Shown here in pieces: positions 1 to 12,619 of a DNA stretch of 64,000 nucleotides. Within the stretch, counting starts at the first letter, position 1. Every line of letters starts with the position of its first letter. The translations under genes and the position numbers were made by a program. Source of the DNA: Nemertoderma westbladi (taxonomy: Eukaryota > Animalia > Xenacoelomorpha); contig JAUCBJ010001223.1 of the NCBI GenBank assembly GCA_032718475.1, positions 62,001 through 126,000 of the forward strand, in the 5' to 3' direction. The notes below the pieces were generated by a model, which ran no database searches, had not been told where the DNA came from, and was given only the letters and a program-made list of their open reading frames with translations.

Positions 1-1
1 T

Positions 2-3000
2 TCTATGGATGTACTCGTTTTTCTCGGGGCTCCGCTTCAGTGTCTGTTTCAACTTGCGAAGCCTCGTAAGCACCATCCCTTTATTATCGGGCAACGGTAG
101 CTTCGGTAGCTTCCATACCATTCCTATGGTATACCGTCCCTCTTTGCACATCATGGACTCGTCTACGCTCTGTTGAGCCTGTTTGTCCTCCACCGAGGTC
201 CCTACCCCGGTCTCTTTTAATCCCTCAAAATCTTGTTTGAGCAGTCTTTTAAGCTGCTCCTCTGCTCTCTCATCACCTATTTCCTGCATAGTTCCTGCGA
301 ACATGCATCCTGATGTCTCCGACATCCTAAATGGTATCTTACTCTTGATTGGGCCACTCAGTGTCCACCCGAATGGCGTCAATATCGCCACTGGGTCACT
401 CTCCCTGTCTTCGCCGAAGACCGTTTGCATCCTCTCGTGGGCCGTCGGGCAGTCCATGCCTACTATGATGGATACTTTCCTGACGTCCACCTCCGGGATT
501 GAGAAGTCAATATTATCCAGGAACTTATATTGCTCGACCTCGATGTTAGTTGGTCGCCTGGCATTGATATTGATTGACTCTATCACTTGGATGGGGTCGA
601 TAGTTGCCCCGTAGTTACATCCCGGTGCGACTGCTGCAATCGCGCACCGTCCGGTTCTCATCTCCAGGACCTCGTCTTTGCTCGAGATGGTTGTTACTGC
701 CATTCTACTTCTCCTCGTCCTCAATCCTATTTCTTCGGCCACCCAATCCTCAATTAAAGTGAAGGCAGCTCCGCTATCGACCAACATCAGAGTGGTTACT
801 GATCGATTGCCTTCCCCAATCACTCGCACCGGTACTACCCCAAGTAGCACCGTTCCTCTCTTCTTCGCCCCTACTGTGCTCGTCGCCATTGTTTGGCCTT
901 TATTTCGACGGTACTTGACCGGCGTCTCCTCGCATTGCCTTGCTCGATGTCCACCCATCACACATCGCGAGCAGATCTCATTTTTGTCCGCGTATACTAC
1001 CTGATCCTCTCTGGGTAATGCTTGCCAGTAGCTGCAGTTCATGGTTAGATGTTTTGCATTTGCATGTAGCTGGCATTTAGCCTCTGGGTCGTAGCCGTCC
1101 TTGTACAGTGCATCGCGTATCGCAACTGCATTTGTACTAAAGTCCCTACTGTTTTTATAGTTTGTGCTCGGCCTACTGGATGTATTGGGGTTATGTTTGT
1201 TCGTGTTGTTGGTTTTCCCCTGTCCGGCCTTACTCTCTGCTAACTGTGGACTCGCAGTCCCCTGCGTCGCTGCGTATGGCAGTGATTGTCTGAGCTTTGG
1301 TAATGAATTCGACGTATTGTGCTCCGGTTTCGGTCGATGGTAGTCCGTCTTCGGTCCCTTTCCCAGACTGTCTTCGCTATAGACTGGGTCGATTATTAGT
1401 TCTGCTTCGTAGCTTAGGAAGCTAGACATTTCCTCTAGACCCGGTTCCGCACCCTTTTTGTCTCTAGTGGAGAAAGCGACTCTTCTCCACTTGTTACGCA
1501 GCCATATCGGCAGTGCCTGCGCTATCGTGGTGATGTTGTTGGAGGCGTTGAGCTCGTATGGTGCGTCCAACGTCTTTAACACGATCAGCGCCTTTTCAAC
1601 TTTGTTAGCAAACGTCTTAATGCTAACGGGATTATCCTGTAGGCCACCCGTTGTTATGCCTCTCAGGGTTTGCCTGATGATCTTGGCTGGGTGCCCGTAT
1701 TCCCTGTCCAGTGCCCGCCATGCTGTCGTGAAGCCCCCTTCTATACCCTGGTATTGCCTCACGATGTCGTATGCTGGGCCTCCCGTGTATACTTGCAGAT
1801 ACTTTAGGCACTCCGCCTGCGTCAAATTTTTTGTTAGTATCTCGTTGCTATACATGCGCCGAAACTGAAGATATTCTTCCGGCCTACTCCCATCGAATTT
1901 GAATGGTTCCACGGGTGGTAACTCGATCCTTGTTTTTAACGCATCGATTAACGTGGCCATCCCCACTGCTTGCGCCTCTAATGGGTTCGATGGATGTTGC
2001 ATGGTTTCCCTTGCTTGGTGCGGTCCACCCGTTCTATTCTCTGCTCTCCTCTGACTTGGGTATATCATTGGGGGTAGCGGCCCCCTCCATATTTCTGTGT
2101 CACACGATTTGTTTTCGTCCAAGGGATTCGTTCTCGCTTCTATCGGGGTATATTGTTGATATTGCGATGGGGGAATGTCACCCTGTCCCCCCCCCACCAA
2201 TATGTTTGGTACTGGGGTTGATGTTAATATATTGGGGCCCATGCATTTATCCGCAATAATTCCCCCCTCCCCTGGGTATATGTTATAACCTTTGGTGCTG
2301 TAGTCATACTGCTGCACTGGTACCGGTATAGGCCTATCAGCTTCTGGCCTACCTACCGGAATGTATTCCGCGACTTCCGGGTCTAATCCCGTTGTCCGCG
2401 CTATCCTATCGCCTACGGTGCTCCTGTCAGCATGGCCTACGGTATGTGCAGTAAGGCCTATAGTATGTCCTACAGTCTGTATGTGCTCGGAATCGAAGTT
2501 TATTCTTCTCGAATAGTCCTCCCCGCGGCTACCGTATTCTCGATCGGTAGGTACATCCCGACGGAAAGTTTCCCTTCGACCCCCTCTGCTGCTCTCTTCT
2601 TCGCGTCGGTACGTCACGTACCTCTCTCTCGGCGCGTAGTGCGCCTCGTCGGGTCGCGCCTCTCCGGGACGACGGCAATCTCCCGTAGTTCGACCCCACC
2701 GACTCTCTTCTTCCATCTCAATCACCGACGGCTCACTATCCGTCCTCACTCTTCTATCGTTCGCGGCGATGCTTCTCCCATCATCTTCTCCTCTTCTTCC
2801 CTCAGTGCAGTATTCCCGCTCGTGAGATCTCTCGTTGACCTCCCGGTTAAACTCCACTGTTCTTCTTCTCTCTTCTGATCGGGCTTGACACTCCGTCCGC
2901 CCTCTCGCGGCGTCAACCTGCATCTCTCTGCTCGATCGCCCGCCGCTGGGGACACTCGCGGTCCCCCTATTACTTTCCGTCGCCGTGTGTTGCGGTTTAC

Positions 3001-5432
3001 CTACTTCGGCCCGCGCATTATCCGCCGACGCCTGTGGGACACTCTCTGCCCCCCCCCTCTCGTCACTAACTTCTCGCGGTGGGGTGCTCGTAGCCCCCCC
3101 CCACCCGCCACTTCTAACTTCGGTACCTCTTACTACACTCCTGTACCCTTCTTGTGGGGCGCTCTCCGCCCCCCCCTTCTCGCCGCTAATCTCACGTGGT
3201 GGGGCGCTCGGAGCCCCCCCCCCACTCGCCACATCTAACTTCACTATTTCCTACCTCGTCTCTACACTTTTCTCCCGTCGACACAACATTTACATTGGGG
3301 CTGGGTCCGCTTACCCCCGCCCCTCTCTCCACTACTACCTGGCCTACCAGGCTTACTTCGGGTTGTCTCAACCCCGCCGATTCCGGCCTACTAACTACGA
3401 GGCCTACCAGGCCTACCCCGGGTTGACTCAACCCCGCCGTCTCCGGCCTACCCACTGCGTGGCCTACCAGGCTCACCCCGGGTTGACTCAACCCCGCCGT
3501 CTCCGGCCTACTTACTACGTGGCCTACCAGGCCCTCACCCGCCGGGCTATGTGCGTTGGACACGTCTACATTAATAATACCACTGTGATTATCCTGCGCA
3601 CCAAAGCTAGAAACAATATGTTGCGTTATAACAGTATTCGGATTATTTTGTAAAATCGAATTCGGGTTATTATTTAAATTATTTGGATCATTCTGTATAA
3701 CTACATCACTAGAATTACTCTGTACGTCAATATTAGAATCGTTCTGATTTAAAATAATATTATTACTATTAGGTAACGTATTTCCTGCAATAAAAATTTG
3801 GTTAGAGTCGTCCAATACAGTATTATTAATATTAGCGTTATCTACTGTATTAGTGTTATTACCCCCCCCGCTCGTACGATCACACCAGTTTCGTGTCCGT
3901 AGTGTGGTCCCTGTCAGTGGAGTATTAATAAACCTATCCACGGCCCCCGGCTCCTCTGAAATGTTCGAGCCTGCCCCTCTCTCAGACACTCCTGCCCGCG
4001 CCCGTTCCACCTCGCGCGCGTGTACAGCCGTATACTCTACGAATTTGTCTCGCTGTTTCTCTAACTCTATTTGGCCACTCTCCACTCTTATTACTTTCTC
4101 CTTTGACTCTCGTTTTTCCTGCTCGATCAATTCCAGCTCTCTCCTAATCCCCTCTCTTCTTCTCGCCTTACGCTCTTTGCGTTCACTTTCCTCTCTCGCC
4201 TCACGTTTCTCGCGTTCACTTTCCTCTCTCGCCTCTCGTTTCTCGCGTTCCGCCTCGCGTTTCTCCTCGCGTTCCCTTCGTTCCCTTCTCTCTCTCGCCT
4301 CGCGTTCCTCGCGTTCTCTCTCGCGTTCCCTCTCTTCCCTCAACTCTATCTCCTCACACTCCCTAAGGTTCCTCGCGGCCCTTTCGCCCCTCTCCCTCAA
4401 CTCTTTAATCGACGCCGTTTCCCTCTCTAGCATCACTCTCCCCTCCTCTAGCCGTCTACCTAGTTCTCTATTCGCCTCTACCACTACATTGAAACGGTGT
4501 CTAGCCTCTATCTCTCTCACCCGTCTTTCTTTTTCGGAGGATGTAACAGACTTATCGGTTGCGACGGATTCCCTCCGCCTTCCCGACCCGCTGGCTCTCC
4601 CCCCCTTTCCGGAACTCCCTCCGACCGACGAGACCGAACCCGCGGGGTCAACCTCGGGTTCGCCCTCCTCTGGTCTGTTCCAACCTACTGTCTTTATACC
4701 CCGGGCATCGATTAAGTATGGCCCTAAGTACACTACCCTAGGTTCTATACTCCCATATCGCCATGAGTCATACAGTTCCTCGGCGACCCAAGTCGCTCTC
4801 TCCTCGGCCAATCCTCTCTGCCCGAAGCGCACTAGATAATATAAATGTCTATTCGACTCACCTAGTCCTAGGTTCAGTTTTACCTCGTCTATCCTCTTCC
4901 CTTCTCTGGCCTCCTTTATCAGTCTCCGGGTCGCGTTGTAGGCCCGTCGAAGTCGCTCGGAAACCCCGACGTCCTCGTCGCCGACCCCTCGTCCGTCTCT
5001 CCGGGTTCGACGTCGTACCGGCGGCCCCACCGTCGCCGTTCCGGTGGGCCGTGCGTCGCCCTCGGCCTGCGGTTGGCCGGCGACATCGGTGTCGACATCC
5101 CCGTCGTCTCTCCGGGTCCGGCGTCGTACCGTCGGCCCCACCGTCGCCGTCTCGGTGGGCCGTTCGTCGCCCTCGGCCTGTGGCTGGCCCGCGACGTCGG
5201 TATCGACATCCCCGCTGTGTGTCGACTCGTCTCTCTCTTCCTCGAGCCCGATCTCTCTATCCTCCGGCTCGATCTCTGGTTCCAGGCGGTCCCCCTCTAC
5301 TCGAATCCCCGGTTCGCCCGGTACGGATGGCTCCGGTGTCGTGGGCGTATATCGCCTGGTCGCGGCCTCGCGGATCGTTAGATCGTCGTCGTCCGGGGTC
5401 CGCGTGGGTGTCACTTCACCCGACTCGCTCAT
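2..5432 (-). pseudogene. BEL/Pao gag-pol polyprotein, interrupted by a +1 frameshift in a C10 run (3214-3223)
   Basis: The 746-aa ORF 5432-3192 (coiled coil, repeats) overlaps a second frame. I translated that frame codon by codon without a stop from ~3240 to ~1900; the DUF1759, knuckle and protease motifs follow toward the window edge. Confidence 0.85.
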
Positions 5433-5500
5433 CTTTTGTCTGTTGGTGGCTGGTGGTATCTGAGTCTATTAGGCTAGGGCAGCAGTTGTTATTTAGTTAC

Positions 5501-6038
5501 TGTGACGGGATCATCCGGAGATGAACCCGATTTATCCTGTTTTAGTTCACGCGTCCCCGCCGTGTGAAAGAGTGTAAGTTGAGGTTACTGTTGTTCGTTA
5601 TATTGTGATCTTGAGACGTGATATAGATATAGATATAGATTGATGTTATACACTGACGTTCACAGGTTGACGGGATGACGGTAACTAAAATCCCGGTACT
5701 TCCCTAATTGTAACTTACTGTACCACCAGTAACACTGAGATAACTGAGGTAATATGATTACTGCTTACTGGTTATATCGCACGGTGGCCTTATTGCTACT
5801 CAATCGGTGCCAGCCCCCCTCTGATTGGTTGCTACCCTTGTTGGCGCCCTTTGAGGTGTTCCCGTTCACCCCAGCTATTCTCTCCCTTGTCAGGATACTA
5901 ACCCCTGACCCTTATTGTGTGCTTCTCCTTCCCATTCTGTTGGGGAGACACGAGTTGGTTTGGGACCTAATCTCGTGTCCCCCAATATTGCTTATTGGCT
6001 TAACTTTGTGGAGTATTGGCGGGATTGATTCGCTAACA
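5501..6038 (-). repeat. 5' LTR of the BEL/Pao element (538 bp)
   Basis: Minus strand starts TGTTAGCG and ends TCCCGTCACA; colinear similarity to the solo LTR at 7122-7774. Confidence 0.85.
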
Positions 6039-6046
6039 TCAAGTGA

Positions 6047-6290
6047 GTAAATTAAAAGTAAAAGTAAATTTTCTTCGGCTTCCAGTGCGGTTCCCCCAGA
6101 ACTATTACTCCACAGAGAAAACTCCAGTAGTCATTTAGCTACCACTAAGGACGCAAGGCAGAGATGCGCCCTGGCTGGTCCCTTCAAAGCATTCGTTCCG
6201 AAACTAGAACTGCCTTGGCCCATGCGGGGATCGAATCCAGGACCTCCGATAGATGTGAATTCAATGCAACCACTACACCAAGGTGGGACC
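6047..6290 (-). mobile_element. tRNA-derived SINE
   Basis: Minus strand has an A box (TGGTGTAGTGG), a B-box-like GGATTCGATCC at tRNA spacing, a unique body and a (TTTAC/TTTTAC)n tail. Confidence 0.75.
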
Positions 6291-6996
6291 CGTGATGCTT
6301 ATTGATTTTCATCCTATGAGCCTATATTTAACAGCATTAATATTGCAGGTGTAAAAGCGACTGGCTCGAAAACCTGAAATAGCTTGGTCTGGATTTAAAT
6401 CTTTACATAACTTTAGTAAGAGCTAACGGAAGGCCAACTAATCGTCTACTTAGAGGCAGGCGGGTCTCTCAAACACAATCCTTAAGAATGAGACATTAAT
6501 TGACCCGCAGAAAGTACTGTAAGATGAAGAATTAGCTTCTCAAGTATAACATAAATGGAATTTACATCTTCCAAAACTAACAAAATCAAATCTCGACCAC
6601 CGAACCTGACTCACTAACCAACCAAACCGAACTGAGTTCTGAGTGGGATCCATGGGTCCATTACTGAATCGTAAACAGAGAGAGCCCGAGCGTTTGTCAG
6701 TATTTCTATAATAAATCTATGCTATGGCCATAACTACTGTTACTCATGAAAAGATATTACTTACTGTCTCCATAATAATTAATCATTATTAAAGATTACT
6801 TACTTTGTCCAAAAACTAGATATTCTAAATAATCCTCTGAATCGATGCTGGAGAAAACCAGCCATCCCATATCCCATCCAACATGACCAATCCTGTATCC
6901 TTGCCAATCAAATAGACACATATCAGTTGGAAAATCTCGATAATTTGAACCACCTAAAATTCAACAATAGCACTTAGCATCATCTGTGGGATTTAA

Positions 6997-8255
6997 CCCT
7001 ATTTAACCCGGGGGGGGGGGGGGGCTCAATATGACCTCGTGGTTTTTTTGTTATAACTCTGAAACAAACACAGTAGGGAATCTGAAATTGTATGACGTTT
7101 CCTAAAAATATATTGTCTTCCTGTAAGCGGATTCAATTCCGCCTCATTACCCACCAGAAAATGGGGTAGTGGCATTTTCAGCAATATGTTGGAGATACGA
7201 GATTAGCAATATTAATCTCGTATCACAACCAATTTTTTTTGGGGGGGGGGGGGGGCAACACAAGCCCCGAAGCCACACACAAAGGAAGGTTAGGGGTCAC
7301 ACCACCTCGGAGGGGACACAGCTAGTAGAGGCTAGCAGCAAAGGGGAAACACTCCCAGAGAGTGCAAGGGTGAGAAGTAGGGTATTAGCCAATAAGGGCA
7401 AAGGAGAGCATCCATTAGGTAACAGGCCAAGGTAGCGTAGGAGTGAAGTAATATTGGTATATCAATCATATATTATCTCCTGTTACCCGTTTGTGATTCA
7501 GTTTAGTTAGTTACCCAGTTTCAGTGCAGACGGGTAATATTGTTTTACCATCAACAACATTGGCTGTATATTAATCTATTACCGGTATCAAGCAATATTG
7601 TCATCCGCCATCATATTAACTGTGCTATCATTATTATATTAGACCGCCAAGATACAACATTAACTCTGAACGCTTTTCTCCAACGGCCTCGGCCAAGCAA
7701 TCAGTGACACCATCCCAGCCTGCGGTGACGCGTACAAAACAACCTACCCGGTCGGGATCCCTGATCCCGTCACACTTCCTAATAGAGAAAACGGTTTTCA
7801 AAAATATTGGGAAGTTTTTTTTGAGTTATAGCACCACTCTTTAACCATACTTTTGGCACTTTTTTGAGGCGTTTCTTGAAATTCATGAAAAATGATTTAT
7901 TTATTTATTTATTTTGATTTATTTATAGTAACATTTCATGAAATATGATTAGTAACGTTTCTATTTTTTATTTACAACGGTTTTTTGGTGTTTGCAATTA
8001 TATGAATTCTAATAAATTAATTTAGAAATTTCAAACTTGCTTTTTTCGGCGGGTGCCAAATTTTGGTGCCAGCACCAAGTTTTGAAATATGTCAATTTTG
8101 AAAATTGATTGTTTGAATCTGTTTTTTGCGCGATAGGATTTTTTAGGTTTCTTGTTTCAATGCAATATATATGAGTTGCACCAGGTGTATCAAACTTGTA
8201 TTTTTCGGTGTTGTGGGGAAAATGTGGTGCAAGCACAAAATTTTAAAAATCAACT
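6997..8255 (+). mobile_element. Truncated non-autonomous piggyBac-like element (left part), interrupted by a solo LTR
   Basis: TTAA|CCCTATTTAACCCGGG left end; colinear with the complete copy at 32174-33728. Right boundary approximate. Confidence 0.82.
7122..7774 (+). mobile_element. Solo LTR of a BEL/Pao family related to the 5501-6038 LTR
   Basis: TGTAAGCG...CCCGTCACA termini, perfect 5-bp TSD CTTCC (7117-7121, 7775-7779), and the empty site ATTGTCTTCCTAG in the paralogous host at ~32286. Confidence 0.92.
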
Positions 8256-8262
8256 AAATCAT

Positions 8263-8362
8263 GTATAACTACTTCGGCCTGCGGCCTCAGTAGTTATACG
8301 ATTTATTTGCTTCAGGTTTTATAACCATATATCACCTTCTGGGACAGGCGATAATCTCTGTA
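8263..8362. repeat. Hairpin-containing terminus of an unclassified interspersed repeat (copy at ~19590-19690)
   Basis: Stem-loop TATAACTAC-TTCGGCCTGCGGCCTCA-GTAGTTATA followed by GATAATCTCTGTATA; it coincides with the truncation of the piggyBac-like copy. Confidence 0.4.
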
Positions 8363-8989
8363 TATCATGAATCAACAGTATATGAATCAATATCCTTCCT
8401 GCACACCATACGCGTTCACAATATTTACCTAAAAGTGGAAGTAGGTGTGCACGGTTATTATGTAGCAAAGTACAACATTAACAAGCAGTTAAAAAGCTTT
8501 GAAACAATTCACTATGCTGTACTGTGTTATTTGCCTACTACTGTTTTAAGTTGTGTTCCGCTACAAATAACACTTAAATTCAGCAGCAAAAAATACTGTA
8601 TATTCTAGAACGTTTTATTATTTTCTAAACAACTATAACTAAAATTAATTATTTGGAAATAATACAACTTGGTATTTTTGTCGTGTTTAAAGAAATTTTT
8701 AAAAAATGTAATAATGTACTGATGGTACCTGAACGTGAATACATTATTCTACGGTGTATACTGTATCAAAAGTAAATGATCTGCATCATTTTGATACCAA
8801 ATTTAGCCATTTATGATATTTTCTTCCAGGTGAAGAGCTAATTCGCACAGATTATAAGTTGAACCAGTTATATAAGATTATAAGTATTTTCTACCAGCAT
8901 GCCGTCCGAGCCATTATCCAGGAACGCAAGCGTCATGAGAGATTTATTGACACCCTGCACCCGGATGGGGATTTGCTTTGGTGAAGACT

Positions 8990-11900
8990 GCATATCTCCT
9001 ATGGACCAAGTTTATCACATTGGAAACATTCATAGTGTCCCTTCTTGGCTGGAACCTGGCTTTGGAACTATAAATTTCATCTTACCTTTTCTTCATCGCT
9101 GAATTATAGGAGGGTTTCCCAGTTTTTATATTATGGGTGTCCCTTGCCTGATGCATTTCTCCTCAAATGGTAGCGTTGAAATGTCGAAAGTACCAGGGAT
9201 GTGTAGCATCATGTGGTGGTGATTGTCACTACATATTGCACAGCACGATTGTTTTTACATTCCCGCATGTAATGTCCAGTGCCTAGGCACTTGAAACATT
9301 CTTGGTGCTTCATTACTGTTTCGAAGCGGGGCACCAACTCCGCGTATTTGAAATTTTGGCAGAATTCGACTGAGTGATTGTCTCCACAGAATATGCAAGT
9401 AGGGACTCGTGGATTCCCTCTCATTTGGGCGCCCAATTGGCGAAGAATGGTGCCCATTCTTCAGGCATCTCCGATTCATCCTCGTCCTCCTCATGATCTT
9501 CGGATCCGTAGATGGCCATGGTACTACTGGGCTCATGGAATCACCCAGCAAACCTGCATCATGGACCAGTCTTTCAAGTGTTTTATTAACCTCCTCCTTT
9601 TTATTAATCTCTCTCATTAACGGATTAGCCTCCTTGGTTGGTAATGGTGAAAAATATCAAGACTTGAAAAATATAGAGAGTAAAAATAACGAGAGTAAAA
9701 ATATCGAGAGTAAAAATATCGAGAGTAAAAATAACGAGTGTTGAAAATTAACGTGATTAAAAAATATCGAGAGTAAAAATAAGGCGAGATGAAAAATATC
9801 GAAAATAACTAGTGTTGGAAAATATCGAGAGTAAAAATATCGAATTTTGAAATATATCGAGAGTAAAAATATCGAGTGTTGAAAAATATCGAGAGTAAAA
9901 ATATCGAGTGTTGAAAAATATCGAGAGTAAAAATATCGAGTGTTGAAAAATATCGAGAGTAAAAATATCGAGTGTTGAAAAATATCGAGAGTAAAAATAT
10001 CGAGTGTTGAAAAATATCGAGAGTAAAAATATCGAGTGTTGAAAAATATCGAGAGTAAAAATATCGAGTGTTGAAAAATATCGAGTGTTGAAAAATATCG
10101 AGAGTAAAAATATCGAGAGTAAAAATATCGAGTGTTGAAAAATATCGAGAGTAAAAATATCGAGTTTTGAAAAATATCGAGAGTAAAAATAACGAGTGTT
10201 GAAAATATCGAGTGTTGAAAAATATCGAGAGTAAAAATATCGAGTGTTGAAAAATATCGAGTGTTGAAAAATATCGAGAGTAAAAATATTGCATTTTGCT
10301 TGAGCATTTTATTTAGAATTATGGAACAATATTGCAGTGCATGGGTTACAACAGTGCAAGTGCAAGTGAATGGCATTATGTAATACACCTTGGGTACCCA
10401 TTTACCAGATTTATTATACTAGCTAGTTTTTGCTATTTTTTTAATAAATATTATAAAAGAAGTGCTAGCTATAAATTTTTATAAATATTATAAATATTGT
10501 TAAATATTATATTAGAACACGTATAAGCTACCAAATGTTGATAAATATTGTTTTTCTAGAACATTTTTAGTAAAAAAAATTATCATACAACCCTTATTTA
10601 AACAAATTGTTACTCTCGATATTTTTACTCTCGATATTTTTCAACATTCTATATTTTTTTCAACACTCGATATTTTTCAACACTCGATATTTTTCAACAC
10701 TCGATATTTTTCAACACTCGATATTTTTCAACACTCGATATTTTTCAACACTCGATATTTTTCAACACTCGATATTTTTCAACACTCGATATTTTTCAAC
10801 ACTCGATATTTTTCAACACTCGATATTTTTCAACACTCGATATTTTTCAACACTCGATATTTTTCAACACTCGATATTTTTCAACACTCCATATTTTTAC
10901 TCTAGATATTTTTCAACACTCGATATTTTTACTCTCGATATTTTTCAACACTCGATATTTTTACTCTCGATATTTTTCAACACTCGATATTTTTACTCTC
11001 GATATTTTTCAATACTCGTTATTTTTACTCTCGATATTTTTCAACACTCGATATTTTTACTCTCGATATTTTTCAACACTCGATATTTTTACTCTCGATA
11101 TTTTTCAACACTCGATATTTTTACTCTCGATATTTTTCAACACTCAATATTTTTACTCTCGATATTTTTCAACACTCGATATTTTTCTCTCGATATTTTT
11201 CAACACTCGATATTTTTACTCTCGATATTTTTCAACACTCGATATTTTTACTCTCGATATTTTTCAACACTCGATATTTTTACTCTCGCTATTTTTCAAC
11301 ACTCGATATTTTTACTCTCGATATTTTTCAACACTCGATATTTTTACTCTCGATATTTTTCAACACTCGATATTTTTACTCTCGATATTTTTCAACACTC
11401 GATATTTTTACTCTCGATATTTTTCAACACTCGATATTTTTACTCTCGATATTTTTCAACACTCGATATTTTTACTCTCGATATTTTTCAATACTCGATA
11501 TTTTTACTCTCGATATTTTTCAACACTCGATATTTTTACTCTCGATATTTTTCAACACTCGATATTTTTACTCTCGATATTTTTCAACACTCGATATTTT
11601 ACTCTCGATATTTTTCAACACTCGATATTTTTACTCTCGCTATTTTTCAACACTCGATATTTTTACTCTCGATATTTTTCAACACTCGATATTTTTACTC
11701 TTGATATTTTTCAACACTCGATATTTTTACTCTCGATATTTTTCAACACTCGATATTTTTACCATCGATATTTTTCAACACTCGATATTTTTACTCTCGA
11801 TATTTTTCAACACTCGATATTTTTACTCTCGATATTTTTACTCTCGATATTTTTCAACACTCGGTATTTTTACTCTCGATATTTTTACCCTCGATATTTT

Positions 11901-12060
11901 TACTCTCGATATTTTTTGAATTCTCGATATTATCGTTATTTTTCAACACTCGATGTTTTTACTCGCGTTATTTTTACTCTCGATATTTTTCATGTCTCGA
12001 TATTTTTCAATATAACCTCTTGGTTTATCACCGAGATATTGTGAGACATAAACAAGCTTT
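8990..12060 (-). pseudogene. Degenerate BEL/Pao gag fragment (DUF1759-like plus Zn knuckles), split by a Foldback element
   Basis: CIFCGDNHSVEFC and CFKCLGTGHYMREC knuckles; KLVYVSQYLGDKPRRLI reads across the Foldback insertion site. Confidence 0.8.
9640..12017. mobile_element. Foldback-type non-autonomous DNA transposon with tandem-repeat inverted arms, copy 1
   Basis: Left arm (9640-10290) of AAAAATATCGAGAGT and AAAAATATCGAGTGTTG units; AT-rich spacer; inverted right arm (10610-12017); GG...CC ends; 8-bp TSD CCTTGGTT/TCTTGGTT. Confidence 0.9.
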
Positions 12061-12369
12061 TATTTATTATTTTAATATTAGTTTAATACCTAATAATTTT
12101 TGTATTTTATTTAGGACTATTTGCTTAATTTTCTTGATACTTTTTTTGTAATTACTTATATATATACATTCCATTGATGCATTTAAACTGTCATGTTCTA
12201 GTGGCCTGGTGGGGGATTAATACTCGTTAACAATTTAAATCCGATAATTAATTTGAATATTCTTGTTGATTACCTATTATTTTTATTTTTAACACTAACC
12301 TTTAACTCTTTAACCACTTTATACACAGCTGATATTGGAATTCAACTTGGACAACTTGGAATTCAACAC

Positions 12370-12610
12370 TCTCCTGATTGGCTGTCTGATAAAAAAATTT
12401 CTCTAAATATAACTAAAACCGAATTTACTATAATTTCTAACAAACGTTTTAATCCCCCAGATCACCAAATCCGGATAAATAACTCCCCTATTACGTTCAA
12501 AATCTCAACCAAATTTTTAGGCAGTTCCGTTGACAACAATCTCTCCTGGAAACTGCACATAATTAAGAAAATCTCAAAAACTGGTGGTTTATTTTACAAA
12601 ACTAAGATAT
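12370..12610 (+). pseudogene. CR1/L2-group RT C-terminal fragment (copy at ~24411-24650)
   Basis: DWLSDKKISLNITKTEF...KFLG...DNNLSWKLHIIKKISKTGGLFYK resembles the C-terminus of the ORF2 at 15088. Confidence 0.75.
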
Positions 12611-12619
12611 ATTTTTATG

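Larger units (their letters stand above)
1..6038 (-). mobile_element. BEL/Pao LTR retrotransposon, 5' part (5' LTR, gag, protease; pol continues off the left edge)
   Basis: Manual minus-strand translation gives a DUF1759-like segment (ELPPVEPFKFDGSRPEEY...AWRALDREYG), a Zn knuckle (CSRCVMGGHRARQC), an aspartic protease motif (LMLVDSGAAFT, ~760-793) and the Pao-type DPVAILTPFGWTLSGP. LTR at 5501-6038. Confidence 0.93.

Noticed and set aside
183-5524. Many plus-strand ORFs, e.g. 3853-4839 (328 aa) and 4763-5524
   Set aside because: Antisense shadows of the GC-rich, repetitive BEL gag-pol; no recognisable motifs.
6215-6290. tRNA gene
   Set aside because: A and B boxes are present but the cloverleaf is degenerate, and it continues into a SINE body and tail.
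5501-7774. TGTGACGGGATC...GATCCCGTCACA read as the TIRs of one 2.3-kb element
   Set aside because: They are the 3' ends of two related LTRs in opposite orientation; the second has its own TSD.
9657-11919. Long ORFs (FSTLDIFQHSIFLLSIFFNTRY...) here and at 21645-24085, and their CRISPR-like periodicity
   Set aside because: They are translations of stop-free 15/17-bp tandem repeats; there are no unique spacers and no cas genes.
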